A stretch of 64,000 bases of DNA from contig NC_082709.1 of NCBI RefSeq assembly GCF_030144855.1, positions 149,048,001 to 149,112,000 of the forward strand. Direction: 5' to 3'. Positions 1 to 12,410 of this stretch are shown here, in pieces (positions within the stretch are counted from its first letter, which is position 1; each line of letters begins with the position of its first letter). The notes under the pieces were generated by a model. The model was not told the DNA's origin. It ran no database searches and worked only from the letters and a program-made list of their open reading frames with translations. Source of the DNA: Hypanus sabinus (taxonomy: Eukaryota). A program made the position numbers and the translations under genes.

Positions 1-1400
1 GTAATGATCTTTGCAACATCAATGTGGACAGGAGAGGTTCCAGAGGATTGGAGGATTGCGAATGTTGTTCCATTGTTCAAGAAAGGGAGTAAAGATAGCC
101 CAGTATATTATAGACCAGTGAGTCTTACTTCAGTGGTTGGTAAGTTGATGGAGAAATTCCTGAGAGACAGGATTTGTGAACATTTGGAGAGGCATAATAT
201 GATTAGGAATAGCCAGCATGGCTTTCTCAAGGGCAGGTCATGCCTTACGAGCCTGACAGAATTTTTTGAGTATGTGACTAAATGCATTGATGAAGGAAGA
301 GCAGTAGATGCAGTGTACATGGATTTCAGCAAACATTTGACAAGGTATCCTATGCAAGGCTTATTGAGAAAGTAAGGAGGCATGGGATCCAAGGGGATAT
401 TGTTTTGTGGACCCAGAACTGGCTTGCCACACAAGGCAAAGAGGTCGGTCACCAGTGGGGTGCCTCAGTGATCTGTTCTGGGACCCCTACTCTTCATGAT
501 TTTTATAAATGACCTGGATGAGGAAGTGGAGGGATGAATTAGTAAGTTTGCTGATGACACAAAGGTTGGAGGTCTTCTGGATAGTGTGAAGGGCTGTCAG
601 AGGATACAGCAGGATATTGATAGGATGCAAAACTGGGCTGAGAAGTGGCAGATGGAATTCAACCCAGATAAGTGTGAGGTGGGTCAAATATGATGACTGA
701 ATATAGTATTAATGGTAAGATACATGGCAGTGTGGAGGATCAGAGGGATCTTGGGGTCCGAGTCCATAGGACACTCAAAGCTGCTACGTAGGTTGACAAT
801 GTGGTTAAGAAAGCATATGGAGCATTGGCCTTCAATCATGTGATTGAGTTTAGGAGCCAAAAGGTCATGTTGCAGCTATATAGGACCCTGGTCAGATCCC
901 ACTTGGATTCATGTGCTCAGTTCTGGTCACCTCACTATAGGAAGGATGTGGAAACCATAGGAAGTGTGCAGAGGAGATTTACAAGGATGTTACCTGGATT
1001 GGGGAGCATGGCTGAATAAACTTGGCCGTATCTCCTTGGAGTGGCAGAGGATAAGAGCTAACCTGATAGAGGTGTATAAGATGATGAAAGGCATTGATTG
1101 TGTGGATAATCAGAGGCTTTTTCCCAGGGCTGAAATGGCTAGCACGAGAGTTGCAGTTTTAAGGTGCTTGGAGGTAGGTACAGAGATGTCAGGGGCAAGT
1201 TATTTTTTAGAATGGTGAGTGCATGGAATGGGCTGCCAGCGATGGTGGTGGAGGCAGAAATGATAGGGTCTTTTAAGAGACTCCTGGATAGGTACATGGA
1301 GCTCAGAAAAATAGAGGGCTATGGGCAAACCTAAGTAATTTCTAAGTTAGGGACCTGTTTGGCACAGCTTTGTGGGCCAAAGGGCCTGTATTGTGCTGCA
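1..1400 (+). mobile_element. CR1-type LINE, RT and 3' end fragment (decayed)
   Basis: ORFs 4..375, 801..1019 and 964..1218 give CR1 RT motifs (PEDWRIANVVPLFKKG, YRPVSLTSVVGKLME, SQHGF, AVYMDFSK, CAQFWSPHYRKDV) broken by stops and deletions. Confidence 0.9.
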
Positions 1401-1404
1401 GGTT

Positions 1405-2800
1405 TCAAAGTTTGTGCTTGCTCCTTTTCAGTCTTCTGGAACCATTCCAGAAACTAGTCATTCCTAGAAGATCATTACTAATGCCTCCACAGTTTCTCCT
1501 GCCTCCTTTTTTAGAGCCCTGGGCTGTACACCATCTGGTCCAGGTGACTTATTTAATTTCAGACCTTTCAGTTTCCCAAGAACCTTCTCCTTAAAAATGG
1601 AAAATCAACACACTTCTAGCCCCTGACACTCTGGAACTTCCACTATACTGCTAGTGTCTTCCATAGTGAAGACAGATGCAAAATACTTCATCTGCCATTT
1701 ACTTGTCCCCCATTACTACCTCAACAGCATCATTTTCCAGTGGTCCAATATCTATTCAAACCTGTCTTTTACACTTCATGTATCTCAAGAAACTTTTCTT
1801 TAATATTATTGGCCAGTTTATTTTTGTATTCCATTTTTTCCTTCTTTGGGATGTTTGTAGCTGCCTTCTGTTGGTTTTTAAAAGCTTCCCAATCCTCTAA
1901 CTTCTCACTAATTTTTGCTCTATTATAAGCCCTCTCTTTGACTTTTATACGGGTTTTGACTTCTCTTGTTTGCCATGATTGTGGAATCTTGCCTTTAGAA
2001 TACTTCTTCCTCATTGGGATGTATTTATCCTTTGCCTGCTGAATTGCTTCCAGAAATTTCAGACATTGCTGCCATGTCATCATCCCTGCCAGTGTTCTTT
2101 TCTAATCAATTCTGTCCAACTCCTCTCTAATGCCTCTGAAATTGCCTTGTCTCCACTCTAATACAGATACATCTGACATTAGCTTCTCCTTCTCAAATTC
2201 AGGGTGAAATTGGTCATATTACGATCACGTGCCACTGAGGGTTTTTTTTACCTTCAGCTTCTAATCAATTCTGGTTCACTGCCCAACACCCAATCCAGAA
2301 TAGCTGATCCCCTAGTGGCCTCAACCATTAGCTGAGCAGCTCTAAAAACGTTTTTAGGTACTCTGGAAATTCCCCTTCCTGGAATCCAGCACCAACCTGA
2401 TTTTCCCAATCTACCTGCATATTGAAATCCCCCATGACTAATATAACATTGTCTTTTTGACATGCATTTTCTAGATTCCGTTGAAATTGGCAGACCACAT
2501 TCTTATTAGCATTGGGGGGGGGGGTGCGGTTGTATATAACTCCCATTGGGGTCTTTTTACGTGTGCAATACCCACAACGATTCAACATTTTTCTTCCATA
2601 CATAATCCCTTTCTAATTATTTAAGAGTTTAGCCAATGGAGCTATGCCACCCCCTCTGCCTTCCTGTCTGTCCTTTTGATACAATGTGTATCCTTGGACG
2701 TAAACCTCCCAGTTATAATCTGCTTTCAACCATGATTCAGTCATGCCTACAATGTCATACCTGCCAATCTGTAACTGTGTTACAAGTGCACCTGTTGCAA
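1405..2800 (-). mobile_element. CR1 LINE fragment (endonuclease and linker region)
   Basis: Minus ORFs 1769..2083, 2328..2603 and 2613..2906 (VMGDFNMQVDW, DIVGMTESWL, DRQEGRGGG) are CR1 endonuclease motifs. Confidence 0.85.
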
Positions 2801-3199
2801 TGAGTGACTGAGAAAGTGAACCGAGGTGCAGGACGCAGACGGAGATTGAGTTTGGATGCTTACATGGGCGTAAATGCTGATCAGCAAACAGGAGAGATCC
2901 CGACACGGAGCCCAGATATGTACCCTTGACACGGTAAACCTTGAAACTGGATCTAGTCTTAGAACAAATAGTTATAAGTTGTCGGGAAACATGGTTATCT
3001 CACGGGGAAAAAAAACAACGAATTGGTAACTAGTGGTTGTGACACCGGAGTTCTTGATGGAAACCAGGTGTGCCATCATCAAAGCGAATGAGAAGCAATT
3101 GGGAAATTAACGGTTGGAATCGTGGCACAATCAAAGGAAATTAGGAGCAAGATGGGAATTAACAATCAGGGCCATGACAGCGCCTACCTACCTTATTCT

Positions 3200-4370
3200 G
3201 TTTACTACGTTCATTCAAATATAACAATTTCAGCACTGTATTCACCCTTTTCAATGTTATCCTCTTTTACACTGCAACTCATCCTGTTGACTGCAGATTT
3301 GCCGTCAACAGCCCTTCCTTTCTAGGAGTCTCATTGCACATTGCTTTTGTTTGTAAGCCAACTCCCTCATCCTCAGGACTAGCACCTCTGTTCCCATCAC
3401 GCTGCCAAATTAGTTTAAACCTTCCCAAACAAATCAACTGTTCTTGGACTTCCAGCCGGGTATTGATTATAAATAACGTTCCGATGAAAAACTCTGCCAT
3501 CTTCTTCAGTGATGATGCCTGGGTATGTCTAGTCCAGGGGTATTTAAACCCCCATTGTCCGTCCCTCCAGATTGGTAAATCTTCATGGAATCAGGGTTCA
3601 GCTCCCCCACCTTGTTAACAATTGAATTCCAGTTCATCCATTAGAGGAGGAGCTTTGTTACACACAGTGATAGCACCAGATCCTTTTACACCTACCGAAT
3701 GACTCTAGCAAACCTGCCTGTGAAGATGTTGGAGCCTCTCGGGCACAGTTTGTACCTTGATCCCAATGATCCATAAATCTGAACCCCTGTCCCCCACACC
3801 AGTTCCTCAGCCACGCCTTCGCCTGCCAAGTCATCCCATTTTTACACTCACTGTCGCTTTCTATCCTCTGCCCGGTCATCCATGCCAACTGTGTCTAAAG
3901 TATGTATACTTCATACAAGCTTAAAAATTGTTTCCTTACAGGCAGAGAACCCCAACAGAACCCGTTAGAAACAAAATAAGACCATCAAACACCTCGTGTG
4001 CAGGGAGCGTGAAAAATAATGCAGAATATAAAGGCAAGGGAACACCACTGAGAACTGAAGTTTACAAAGCCAGGCATCATTGCAGGCCACAGCCTCAGTT
4101 CAACGCAGATACGAGCAAACCCCGCGGAGTATTGAGCCGGGGTGACCCGCCCTCGCTTCCGACCCCGACACCCAGACTATTTCAATCTGGCCCGACGCTT
4201 AAATCGTATAAATCGCTGGTCGTACCTCACTCTCTGCCACTTCGATACGCTCTTCGGCTCCATTCAGTCGGTGCACGACCTTCCCAATTCAGTTCGGCTC
4301 TTAAATCATTCGAGCCTCGGATCCTTCCTCCACTTCGCCCTGCCTTGGTTCTGCCGCATGGAATTGCCTC
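3200..4370 (-). mobile_element. CR1 ORF1 (esterase-like) and 5' region fragment
   Basis: Minus ORFs 3279..3500 and 3658..3888 (WLRNWCGGQGFRFMDHWD, FKLIWQRDGN) resemble CR1 ORF1. Confidence 0.65.
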
Positions 4371-5193
4371 TGCTACGTACCCCATAACTGGGTCACTTAC
4401 CAGCAAAGATAGAGAGGTCCGTTGAAGTCTGATGGTACTATTTTCAACAGTATTTATTAGTAAAAATACACAAAAATAATATCAATGCAAACATACAGAT
4501 AATATACATCGTCAATACTAAATCTAAAAGTGCGGGCATAATAATAATCAATAAGAAATAGCTCTATTATTGTCTAGGAGCTAATGTATTCTCCGATGGA
4601 AATACAAAATTCACAGTTCATTCAGGTGCAGCTTGTTGTTGGAGAGAGAGAGATTTTTAGAAACTTGCTGGCTGTCCTTTTGATGATTTCGATCTGTCGG
4701 GAGTCCCGTTGATGTGGCCGTTCACTTGTGGCCTTCTCCTTTAGCTAAGCCGTTCTTCCGTGATGAGTCCGCTACCCTGGCAAGGGAGGATGCAATCGAG
4801 CCCCCACCGGCTGTCGCTATTAAACGCTATCACGGGATTTCTAGCGTTTCTCCTGGTGCGTCTAAAGGGGTTGTTCCCCAGACCCCTCTTTTATCCTTAC
4901 TCACGGGGTCTCAGATATCAATCAGGTTGGGATGATGCAATCCTTCAACTAGCCCGCTCTGGTTGTCCCCTGAGGGGTTTCAATGAATAGTACAGTACTC
5001 AATACACAATTCCGTCTCCAAGAGACAATAGCCGTTATCAAGGGTTTTTGTTATCGCTGAGGCCAGGACACATTCCAAAACAATGTGGATTCTCTCTCAT
5101 TTCCTGGGTCCCAGACCCGAATTAATAGCGATCTTGCGATTCTCAAAAAGGAGGGGGCTACTTTGTACCCTTCGGCCCCTCAGAGTTGCTGCA
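4371..5193. mobile_element. Solo LTR, family A copy 1 (one end truncated)
   Basis: Starts tgctacgtaccccataactgggtcacttaccagcaaagatagagagg; colinear with 20185-20993 and 44979-45759. Confidence 0.8.
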
Positions 5194-5295
5194 CATGGAA
5201 TTGCCTCCAAGCCAGCTCCAACAACTCCGAGTCTGGACTTGCTGCAACCGTCCTGCCTCCTTTCGTTGCTTTAAGAGCGGACAATTGTTTATTAC

Positions 5296-5564
5296 TTGTC
5301 AATATTTTTCATATAGTTGGCATTCGATTTTCTAATAAAAATGACCTTGTTTTCGTCCAATAATCTACCTAACTGGAACACTGCGTCCTTGTAATTATTC
5401 TATTTAACCTGTCTGTATCTTCTGCCTGTTTGACGATAACACACAACGCCAATCTTCTTTTTTTTTATCAATTCAGTACATTAAAATAAATGATTTTGCA
5501 ATAAGACTGTAGATATTGAGGGTGCTACCCGAATTTTTACTCTTCAGATCAACGAATTGCTTTC
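5296..5564 (-). pseudogene. VJ-C1 receptor gene 2: decayed TM exon (to donor at 5409) and 36-nt cytoplasmic exon (5296-5331)
   Basis: 5480-5564 aligns with gene 1 12960-13050 (gattttgcaataag, ttttactcttcagat, aacgaattgctttc); reads TLNIYSLIAKSFI then, after a frameshift, KIGVVCYRQTGRRYRQ|gttaaa; the following intron matches gene 3 32941-33016. Confidence 0.6.
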
Positions 5565-6305
5565 ACCCCATGGGGTGTGTAACGTTCTCCTTCGCGTATA
5601 CTAATAACGCCGAATTCAACGTCGAGATAAACCAGTCAATGAAACCAGATCGCAGTAAGATTAACCATTTACTGTTCACTCTTCACATTAACATATGGTG
5701 AAAACTGTTGATAAAACAATACAAGATTGATACAGTATTTGTTCCTTCCTTAATATCACATTTCAATTGTAAATACTTGCAAAGGTGACTATAACTACAT
5801 TACACTAAAGTGCAGTATACAGGCAGAGTTTACCTGCTCCATTGACTACTTTAAATACACTTCAATGCAAACTATCCGCAACTCTTTAACTAACGAAAGC
5901 ATAAACATTATCGACCGTCGTTACTTTTAACAGGATCGGCATTAACATCTTAGTTCAATATATCGATTATCTATTAACTTACAGCGTTGCTCTCACTGTG
6001 ATTTCTAATGCCTGCAAAACAACTTCTGCTCAGGTGTGCCTCGTGGTGAGCCCCCACCCTCGCGTTAATTTCAAACCGGTACTTTCCCACAAGACGCGGC
6101 AAAACCGGATGTGACGTCATCGCATGCCGATATATTTTACATGCAATGAATATGCTTTGAACACTTCTAATTCTAACTAGAAAATACTATCGAATGAATT
6201 ACTAAGCGAAAATATTATAAACTAAATAACTGTCGTAAAGACAGCACACTCCCCGCTTGACCTTCGTAAGGTCATAATGAACAGAGTACAAACTTAGTCT
6301 CTTAA

Positions 6306-7673
6306 TCAGTCATTAGGTAGAAGTAGAATAACTTCTGTAACTGGCCTTTGGTAAATTTTCACATCGCCTTGGTCGGTAGTCTTCAATTCGATCTTCCCGA
6401 CATGTCCATCCCCGCTAGGGAATGTAACAGTGATTCTGGCCATTGGCCAGCTGTTGCGGGCGATTTGCTTGTCCCTGAGCAGGACTAAGTCTCCAACTTG
6501 AAGATTCCTTCGGGGTTCTGTCCACTTTTGTCTCTGTTGCAACAAAGGTAGATATTTTTGTCTCCAGCGAGACCAGAACTGATTTGCCAGAGCCTGGACT
6601 TGTCTCCATTGCTTTGTGTACAAATCCTTGTCTGAGAAGTCTCCTGGTGGAGGAGGTGCTCCTGCCTTCTGCGTAAAGAGCGTTGATGGCGAAAGTATAA
6701 AGGGGTTTTCTGGGTCAGAAGACACAGGTAGGAGTGATTGTGCGTTTATAATGGCTGTGACCTCTGCCATTAGGGTGCACAGTACCTCGTGGGTCAATCG
6801 GGTGCGTTGCTGCATCTCAGGTTTCCTTTTCCGGGTTTTCCGTAAGGACGTGAACCGTTTGACTGCCTGCTCTTTGTTATCTGGTGAGCGCTGGCGTGGT
6901 TCTCTGAAAGGCAATGGGGCAACCCCATTATTTGCTTCATCTCTGAAGACCTTGGTGTCTTTGGGTTTTAAAGAAATGGTATCTTGAGCTGATTGTGCAA
7001 GTTTGTTTCCGTGCTCGGTTTGAACGAAAACTGACTGACCTAGTGTCTCGTCGGTTACTTTACGCTTGGTAACGTCTTGTTGTGCTTCCTTGATATACAT
7101 GGAACTTGTGCAGGGTTGAAAAATCGAATGGCGGCCACTCTCTAGCACATTGGTCTTGAGTGTGTCAACCGTCGGTTTGTGTACGTCACCGAGACACACC
7201 TCTCCTATCACCACCCAGCCCAGATCCAGACGTTGCGCGAAGGGGGCGTCGAGTGGTCCATTGACCTGCTGCCTAACCTTGTGTACCTGGATAACATCTC
7301 TTCCTAATAGCAGGAGTATTTCCGCTTTTGGATCCAGTTCTGGGATGTGTTTGGCGATGTGGTGGAGATGTGGCTGGTGTAGCACTGCACTTGGTGTCGG
7401 GATCTCAGTGCGGTTATTCATGATTTCATTGCACTCTAAGAGCGGAGGGAGACAGATGACGACTTTACCATCCAGGGACTCGATCTGGATGCCTTCTGCC
7501 TTCCTTCCTTGGGTAAACATGTTGCCTGAGCAAGTTTTGAGGTAGTATGGGAACTGCTCACTCTCAATGTTGAACAATTTAAAGAACTCTGGACTGACTA
7601 GTGAGCGATTGCTCTGATCGTCCAGAATCACATAGGCTTTGATGGCCTTGTCTTTGGCTCCTTTAGGGTACAC
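6306..7673 (-). CDS. BEL/Pao protease fused in frame to integrase C-terminus
   Basis: 455-aa ORF; jumps from ...KRKPEMQQR to TRLTHEVLCTLMAEVTAIIN near 6800 with no YxDD RT motif. Confidence 0.75.
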   Translation of the reverse strand: MYPKGAKDKAIKAYVILDDQSNRSLVSPEFFKLFNIESEQFPYYLKTCSGNMFTQGRKAEGIQIESLDGKVVICLPPLLECNEIMNNRTEIPTPSAVLHQPHLHHIAKHIPELDPKAEILLLLGRDVIQVHKVRQQVNGPLDAPFAQRLDLGWVVIGEVCLGDVHKPTVDTLKTNVLESGRHSIFQPCTSSMYIKEAQQDVTKRKVTDETLGQSVFVQTEHGNKLAQSAQDTISLKPKDTKVFRDEANNGVAPLPFREPRQRSPDNKEQAVKRFTSLRKTRKRKPEMQQRTRLTHEVLCTLMAEVTAIINAQSLLPVSSDPENPFILSPSTLFTQKAGAPPPPGDFSDKDLYTKQWRQVQALANQFWSRWRQKYLPLLQQRQKWTEPRRNLQVGDLVLLRDKQIARNSWPMARITVTFPSGDGHVGKIELKTTDQGDVKIYQRPVTEVILLLPND

Positions 7674-9590
7674 CTTAGTGAGGCAGATCTTGGAACAAGA
7701 ACGGCTTGACTGAGCTTGACCGCAAACTTCTGTACAGTTCGTGCTGACAACTGTTGACCTAGAGTGAGCCTCTCCCTCCCCGCCGTCCTGTTGTGGGGGT
7801 GAAGTTGCGTTTCGGTTTGCGGTGACAGGCCGGAATGCATGGCCCCGACGTGATCCGTGCTATCACATTCCGGACACTTCACGGCGATCGTACACTCTCT
7901 GGCGATGTGAGAGGTTGAGGAACAACATCTAAGACATATTCTTTTCTCCTTGAGAAGGGCCGTCCTCTCTTCAAGGGGTTTTTCCCTAAATGTTCTGCAT
8001 CCTTTGAGGGGGTGAGGTTTGTTATGCAATGGACAATACTTGCTAGGGTCGTTGCTAGTTGTAAGGGCTTCAGTCTTGAGCACTGAGACGGGTTTATCAA
8101 TGTTGAAAACATTCGAAGAGGATCTACTTGGCTTGGTGTAAATCGTACTGCTTCTTGGACCCACGAGGCTAGGGTCATTTCGCTTCTTCGCCTCCCTGCA
8201 CACAAACCTAGTGAGGAGCTCAAAGGGAGGAGATCGATCATTGTGCTCTTCCTTGTAATCTAAAGCAACGGACAGCCACCTGTCCTGCAGCCCAAAAGGA
8301 AGTTTGTCCACGACTTGTCTAATCCCGAATGGAGTATCTAGGTATACTAGACCAGCTGAGTAGCCATCTTCTTTGGCGCCTTGGATCTCCATGAGTAAAT
8401 CTCCGAATTCTCTTAACTTAATGTGATCTTTGGCTGACACCTTAGGAAAGTTTTCCAGACGTTGATATAGCGCCGCTTCAATAGCTTCGGGGGACCCATA
8501 GTCCTCCCGAATTCTCTCCCACGCTTTGCTTAAGGCTAGTTCGGGTTTGTTGATGTATACTGAACGTATGCGTCTCACCTGGTCGCGTGATTCTTTCCCC
8601 AGCCATTTCGCCATAAGGTCCAACCTTTGGGTTGCACTGAGCTGGACTCCGTCGATCGCGTTGGTGAATGTGGAGTAACATGCACGGTAATTTTCAGGTT
8701 TATCGTCAAACTGGTACAGTCCCGAAGTGACGAGATCCCGTCGTGCTAAATACTGCATCGTGGGATCGGCTGTAAGCGGCATGCGGGCTGGAGAAGTACG
8801 TTGGCGCCTATATGACTGAGAGCGCACGTTTCTCATGGAATTTGCCGTCCTGGATTCGGCCTCTGCATCTCTTTGCATCAAACTTTGTAAGTTTGGTGTC
8901 GAGAAGTATCGGTTGTCAGCTCTTTCATTCTTGACTTCATCACGGAGTCGCGAGGGTAAATTTTCTTCCTCGTATGGATGTGATGCAATCGTGACTCTCT
9001 GAGGTTTCTCGTAGCTGGGGAAGTTATCGAATACGTATGGAGAGGGGAGACGAGCCTGCCTGTCTATTTGAGATTGTACATAGTCGCTTGTGCATTCCAG
9101 TCTGGTCCTTTCTAAAGTAGATCTTACTTCGGTCAGATCACGCGACCCTTCAGCTTCTTCTATGTACTCTGCTTCCGCCTTGGCAGCTTCTTCTTCTCTT
9201 TCTATCTGCAGCACTTGCAACTCTGTCGATATTTTTGCCATTTCCAACTGGGTTTCGGCTTCTCGGGCGGCCGCTTCACTTTGTCTGGCGGCCCTTTCCT
9301 TCTGGATTTCGGCTTGTCTGGCGGCCTGTTCCTTCTGGATTTCGGCTTCTCTGGTGGCCTGTTCCTTCTGGGTTTCGGCTTCTCTGGCGGCCTCTTCTCT
9401 TTGTCTGGCGGCTTGACTTACTTGATGTAGCTCTACTGCCCTTGTCGCTGGGCGCCATCGACTTGATCCCGGATCGAGCTGACATTGCAGCACTTGGAAC
9501 ACCTGATAACGCCTGGGTGGGCTTACTTGATGTCGGTTTACCGCCCTTGTCGCTGGGCGGCGTCGACTTGATGCTGGATCGAGCTGACAT
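7628..9590 (-). CDS. BEL/Pao gag (frameshifted; N-terminus MSARSSIKS in a second frame)
   Basis: ORF 7628..9730 has coiled-coil repeats, LYQFDDKPENY, CLRCCSSTSHIAREC; ORF 9276..9590 supplies the likely start. Confidence 0.75.
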
Positions 9591-10304
9591 TGCAGCACTT
9601 GAAACACCTGATAATGCCGCTTTTTCACTGTAACGTTCTCCTTCACGTGTACTAATAACACCGAATTCAACGTCGAGATAAACCAGTCAATGAGACCAGA
9701 TCGCAGTAAGATTAACCATTTACTGTTCACTCTTCACATTAACATATGGTGAAAACTGTTGATAAAACAATACAAGATTGATACAGTATTTGTTCCTTCC
9801 TTAATATCACATTTCAAGTGTAAATACTTGCAAAGGTGACTATAACTACATTACACTAAGGTGCAGTATACAGGGAGAGTTTACCTGCTCCATTGACTAC
9901 TTTAAATACACTTCAATGCAAACTATCCGCGACTCTTTAACTAACGAAAGCATAAACATTATCGACCGTCGTTACTTCTAACAGGATCGGCATTAACATC
10001 TTAGTTCAATATATCGATTATCTATTAACTTACAGCGTTGCTCTCACTGTGATTTCTCATGCCTGCAAAACTGCTTGTGCTCAGGTGAGCCTCGTGGAAA
10101 GCCCCCACCCTCGCGCTAATTTCAAACCGGTGTTTTCCCACAAGACGCGGCGAAACCGGATGTGACGTCATCGCATGCCGATATATTTTACATGCAATGA
10201 ATATACTTTAAACACTTCTAATTCTAACTAGAAAATACTATCGAATGAATTACTAAGCAAAAATATTATAAACTAAATAACTGTCGTAAAGACAGCACAG
10301 GGTG

Positions 10305-10640
10305 TATAAATTTACTTCTATCTACCAGCAGTAAGAGAAACAATATGGAGCCGGGGAAGGGGATTAATTCGAAATGTTACAGCGAGTGAAAATCTAAAAT
10401 TAAAAACAACAGCCATTAGAAATGTCCATCAGGTCGGGTCGCAACTTTGGGAAGAGAAACAGACGTAAAGTCACAGGCCGAAGAGTTCTGACGAATGTGC
10501 TTCGATACGAAACCTTTGTTTCTCACCAGCAATGGGCCCCGAGTGTTTCTATTATTTCTTAAAAGCCGGTTTTATTCTTCTGCTTCTTTCGTTCCAACAT
10601 ATCTTGGTCAGTCAGCTACAGTTCCACTGGTAGTGTCCCA
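10305..10640 (-). pseudogene. Gene 2 V-C intron remnant
   Basis: Aligns with gene 1 intron 13556-13850 (ccatcaggtc-ggtcgcaactttgggaagagaaacag, ttggtcagt-agct, ttccactg-tagtgtcc). Confidence 0.75.
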
Positions 10641-11505
10641 TGTTACGTATTCAGGCAACAATAAATATATGAGTCCGGCAAGGATTTCTTATAACAAACA
10701 ACACGTTTATTAAACACAGAAAACAAACCCCCCAAAAGTAAACAAACACTACCGTAACCGGAAACAGCTGCTGAGCGGCTGTTCAAACAGTTCGTAAAGT
10801 GATATTCCAAAACAGTTCTTTAAAGTGATATTCCAAAACAGTTCTTAAAGTGATATTGCCAAAAGTTCGATATGCTCACAGTCCATTTAAAAGGAGAGAC
10901 TTTACAGGACGATTTAAGTTCTCTTTCACGTCGCTTGCTTCGATTCCCGACGTCGAAATTCCCACGAAGAATTTACGAAACAGAACGGCTTAAAGGCACT
11001 GACCTTTCCTTCTCCACTACCTTCAATCCTTTCTAGTTAAACCTAGGGATTAACACGAAGATAGTCAACGAAATCCTTCCAAATAAGGATCAAACAAAGG
11101 TCGCCCCCGTTTCACCGTAGAAAGCGATTCTCCTCGATCTTTACTTCCAACCTTGAATCTTCACTCTCCTCTAATTGCGAAATAACAGAATCATAAAGAA
11201 CCTGTTGGCATTAACCTTTTAAACTTTAGGCATTAAATAAAAACTTCATCCTTCAACTAAACTGCGTCATCACTTCAAACACGCAGTGGCATGAAGTCAA
11301 CTTGGCAAATCCAGCCACGAACTGCCCCTCCTCACAGGGTGGGGTCTACCTTTTATAACCTGTAAAAAAAACCCGTCACATGATCTCTACTGGCGGGAAA
11401 ATGACGTCATTCCACCATCACAAGACCATCACCTCAAGTCCAGTACAGCTTCAACCCCAGTCAGATGACAAGGGCACCACTGTCATGTGTCACGAGTATG
11501 TAACA
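10641..11505. mobile_element. Solo LTR, family B
   Basis: tgttacg...gtaaca termini with perfect 4-bp TSD CCCA (10637-10640, 11506-11509); short internal tandem repeat aaagtgatattccaaaacagttctt near 10795-10865. Confidence 0.85.
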
Positions 11506-11952
11506 CCCAACAGTGACATCTCACGTTTCCGATTCCACATTACCAATCCCCCTGGCGTTTAACCATATTTCATGTCGGCCTTGAAAAGCGGTCGCAGGTT
11601 CGCGTTTTAACCGCCTCTCTTCCGACGAACTTTCGGGAATTTATATGAACGTCCCTGCTGCCCCTGGACGTGGTGGCGCTGATGAATTCAGCGACAGGTC
11701 TTCCCTTCCCCATGCGGGAGATTGTTTCGGTGTTGGTTAATCTGGTTACTTTGGCTCAGAAGCAAAACAGAAACCAAACGCGGAGAAGACAGGATTCCTC
11801 CAGCAGGTCAGGGCGCGTTTGGAGAAAGGGACCTAAAGACCCGTTATCCAGCTCGGCCATTGGTCTGAGGCATTGGCCCCAGTTCCCTCGCTTCACACTT
11901 TGCCCGGCCTGCTGAGTATTTCAAGCGTTTACTGCTTTCATTTCACACGTAC

Positions 11953-12285
11953 CTCGGATGGTCACTTCTGTTCCGCTTCCAAAATATGTTTTCCAGTGGT
12001 TCGAATCCAATGTCAGCGCTGAGCATTGGTAAGTGTCAGAGTCATCCACAGTCACGTCGCGAATGACCAGCCAGCCTTCTTTCCCCGATAGACAGATCCG
12101 AGTGTTATTTTTCAGGAAATTACTGGACCCGTTTACAGGTTTGTCTCGTGTCCGAGTCCAATAATACCTCGCCGAATCCACCCGCTCGTCCCCGGATAAC
12201 AGGGAACAGTAGATCCGAGCTGTCTGTCCTCGGAGAAGGGTCAGAGCTGAAGGTGTCTGGCTCAAATTCAGACCAACAGCGGGCC
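11953..12285 (-). pseudogene. Gene 2 germline-joined VJ exon (open frame, splice acceptor lost)
   Basis: SQTPSALTLLRGQTARIYC...YYW...DSDTYQCSALTLDSNHWKTYFGSGTEVTIRG|gtacgt; acceptor ttctag of gene 1 is ttctgt here. Confidence 0.85.
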
Positions 12286-12369
12286 ACAGAACAGAAAATC
12301 AGCAACAAGATTCAAAATTATGAGAAGGCCACGGGAATAAATGTCAGAAGCAAAGAGCGTGTGAATTAC

Positions 12370-12410
12370 CCGGGAGAAACAGCCAGACCGTGTACAATAA
12401 CTTCCAGGTT
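12370..12410 (-). pseudogene. Gene 2 leader exon remnant without ATG
   Basis: LLYTVWLFLPG|gtaatt matches gene 1 leader; no in-frame ATG before an upstream TAG. Confidence 0.75.

Larger units (their letters stand above)
5578..10299 (-). mobile_element. BEL/Pao LTR retrotransposon, internally deleted (no RT/RNase H)
   Basis: 671-bp LTRs at 5578-6248 and 9629-10299 with TG...CA ends; 5-bp TSD GGGTG (5573-5577, 10300-10304); purine tract next to 6248; gag with Cys/His knuckles, protease-like YVILDDQSNRSLV, BEL integrase C-terminal region (QWRQVQALANQFWSRW). Confidence 0.92.

Noticed and set aside
9090-9633. Repetitive plus-strand ORFs and a possible CRISPR-like array
   Set aside because: Antisense frames of the gag coiled-coil repeats; no unique spacers and the DNA is eukaryotic
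11535-11785. GC-rich segment in the gene 2 intron as a promoter or tRNA
   Set aside because: No cloverleaf or exon found; best explained as intron sequence absent from gene 1
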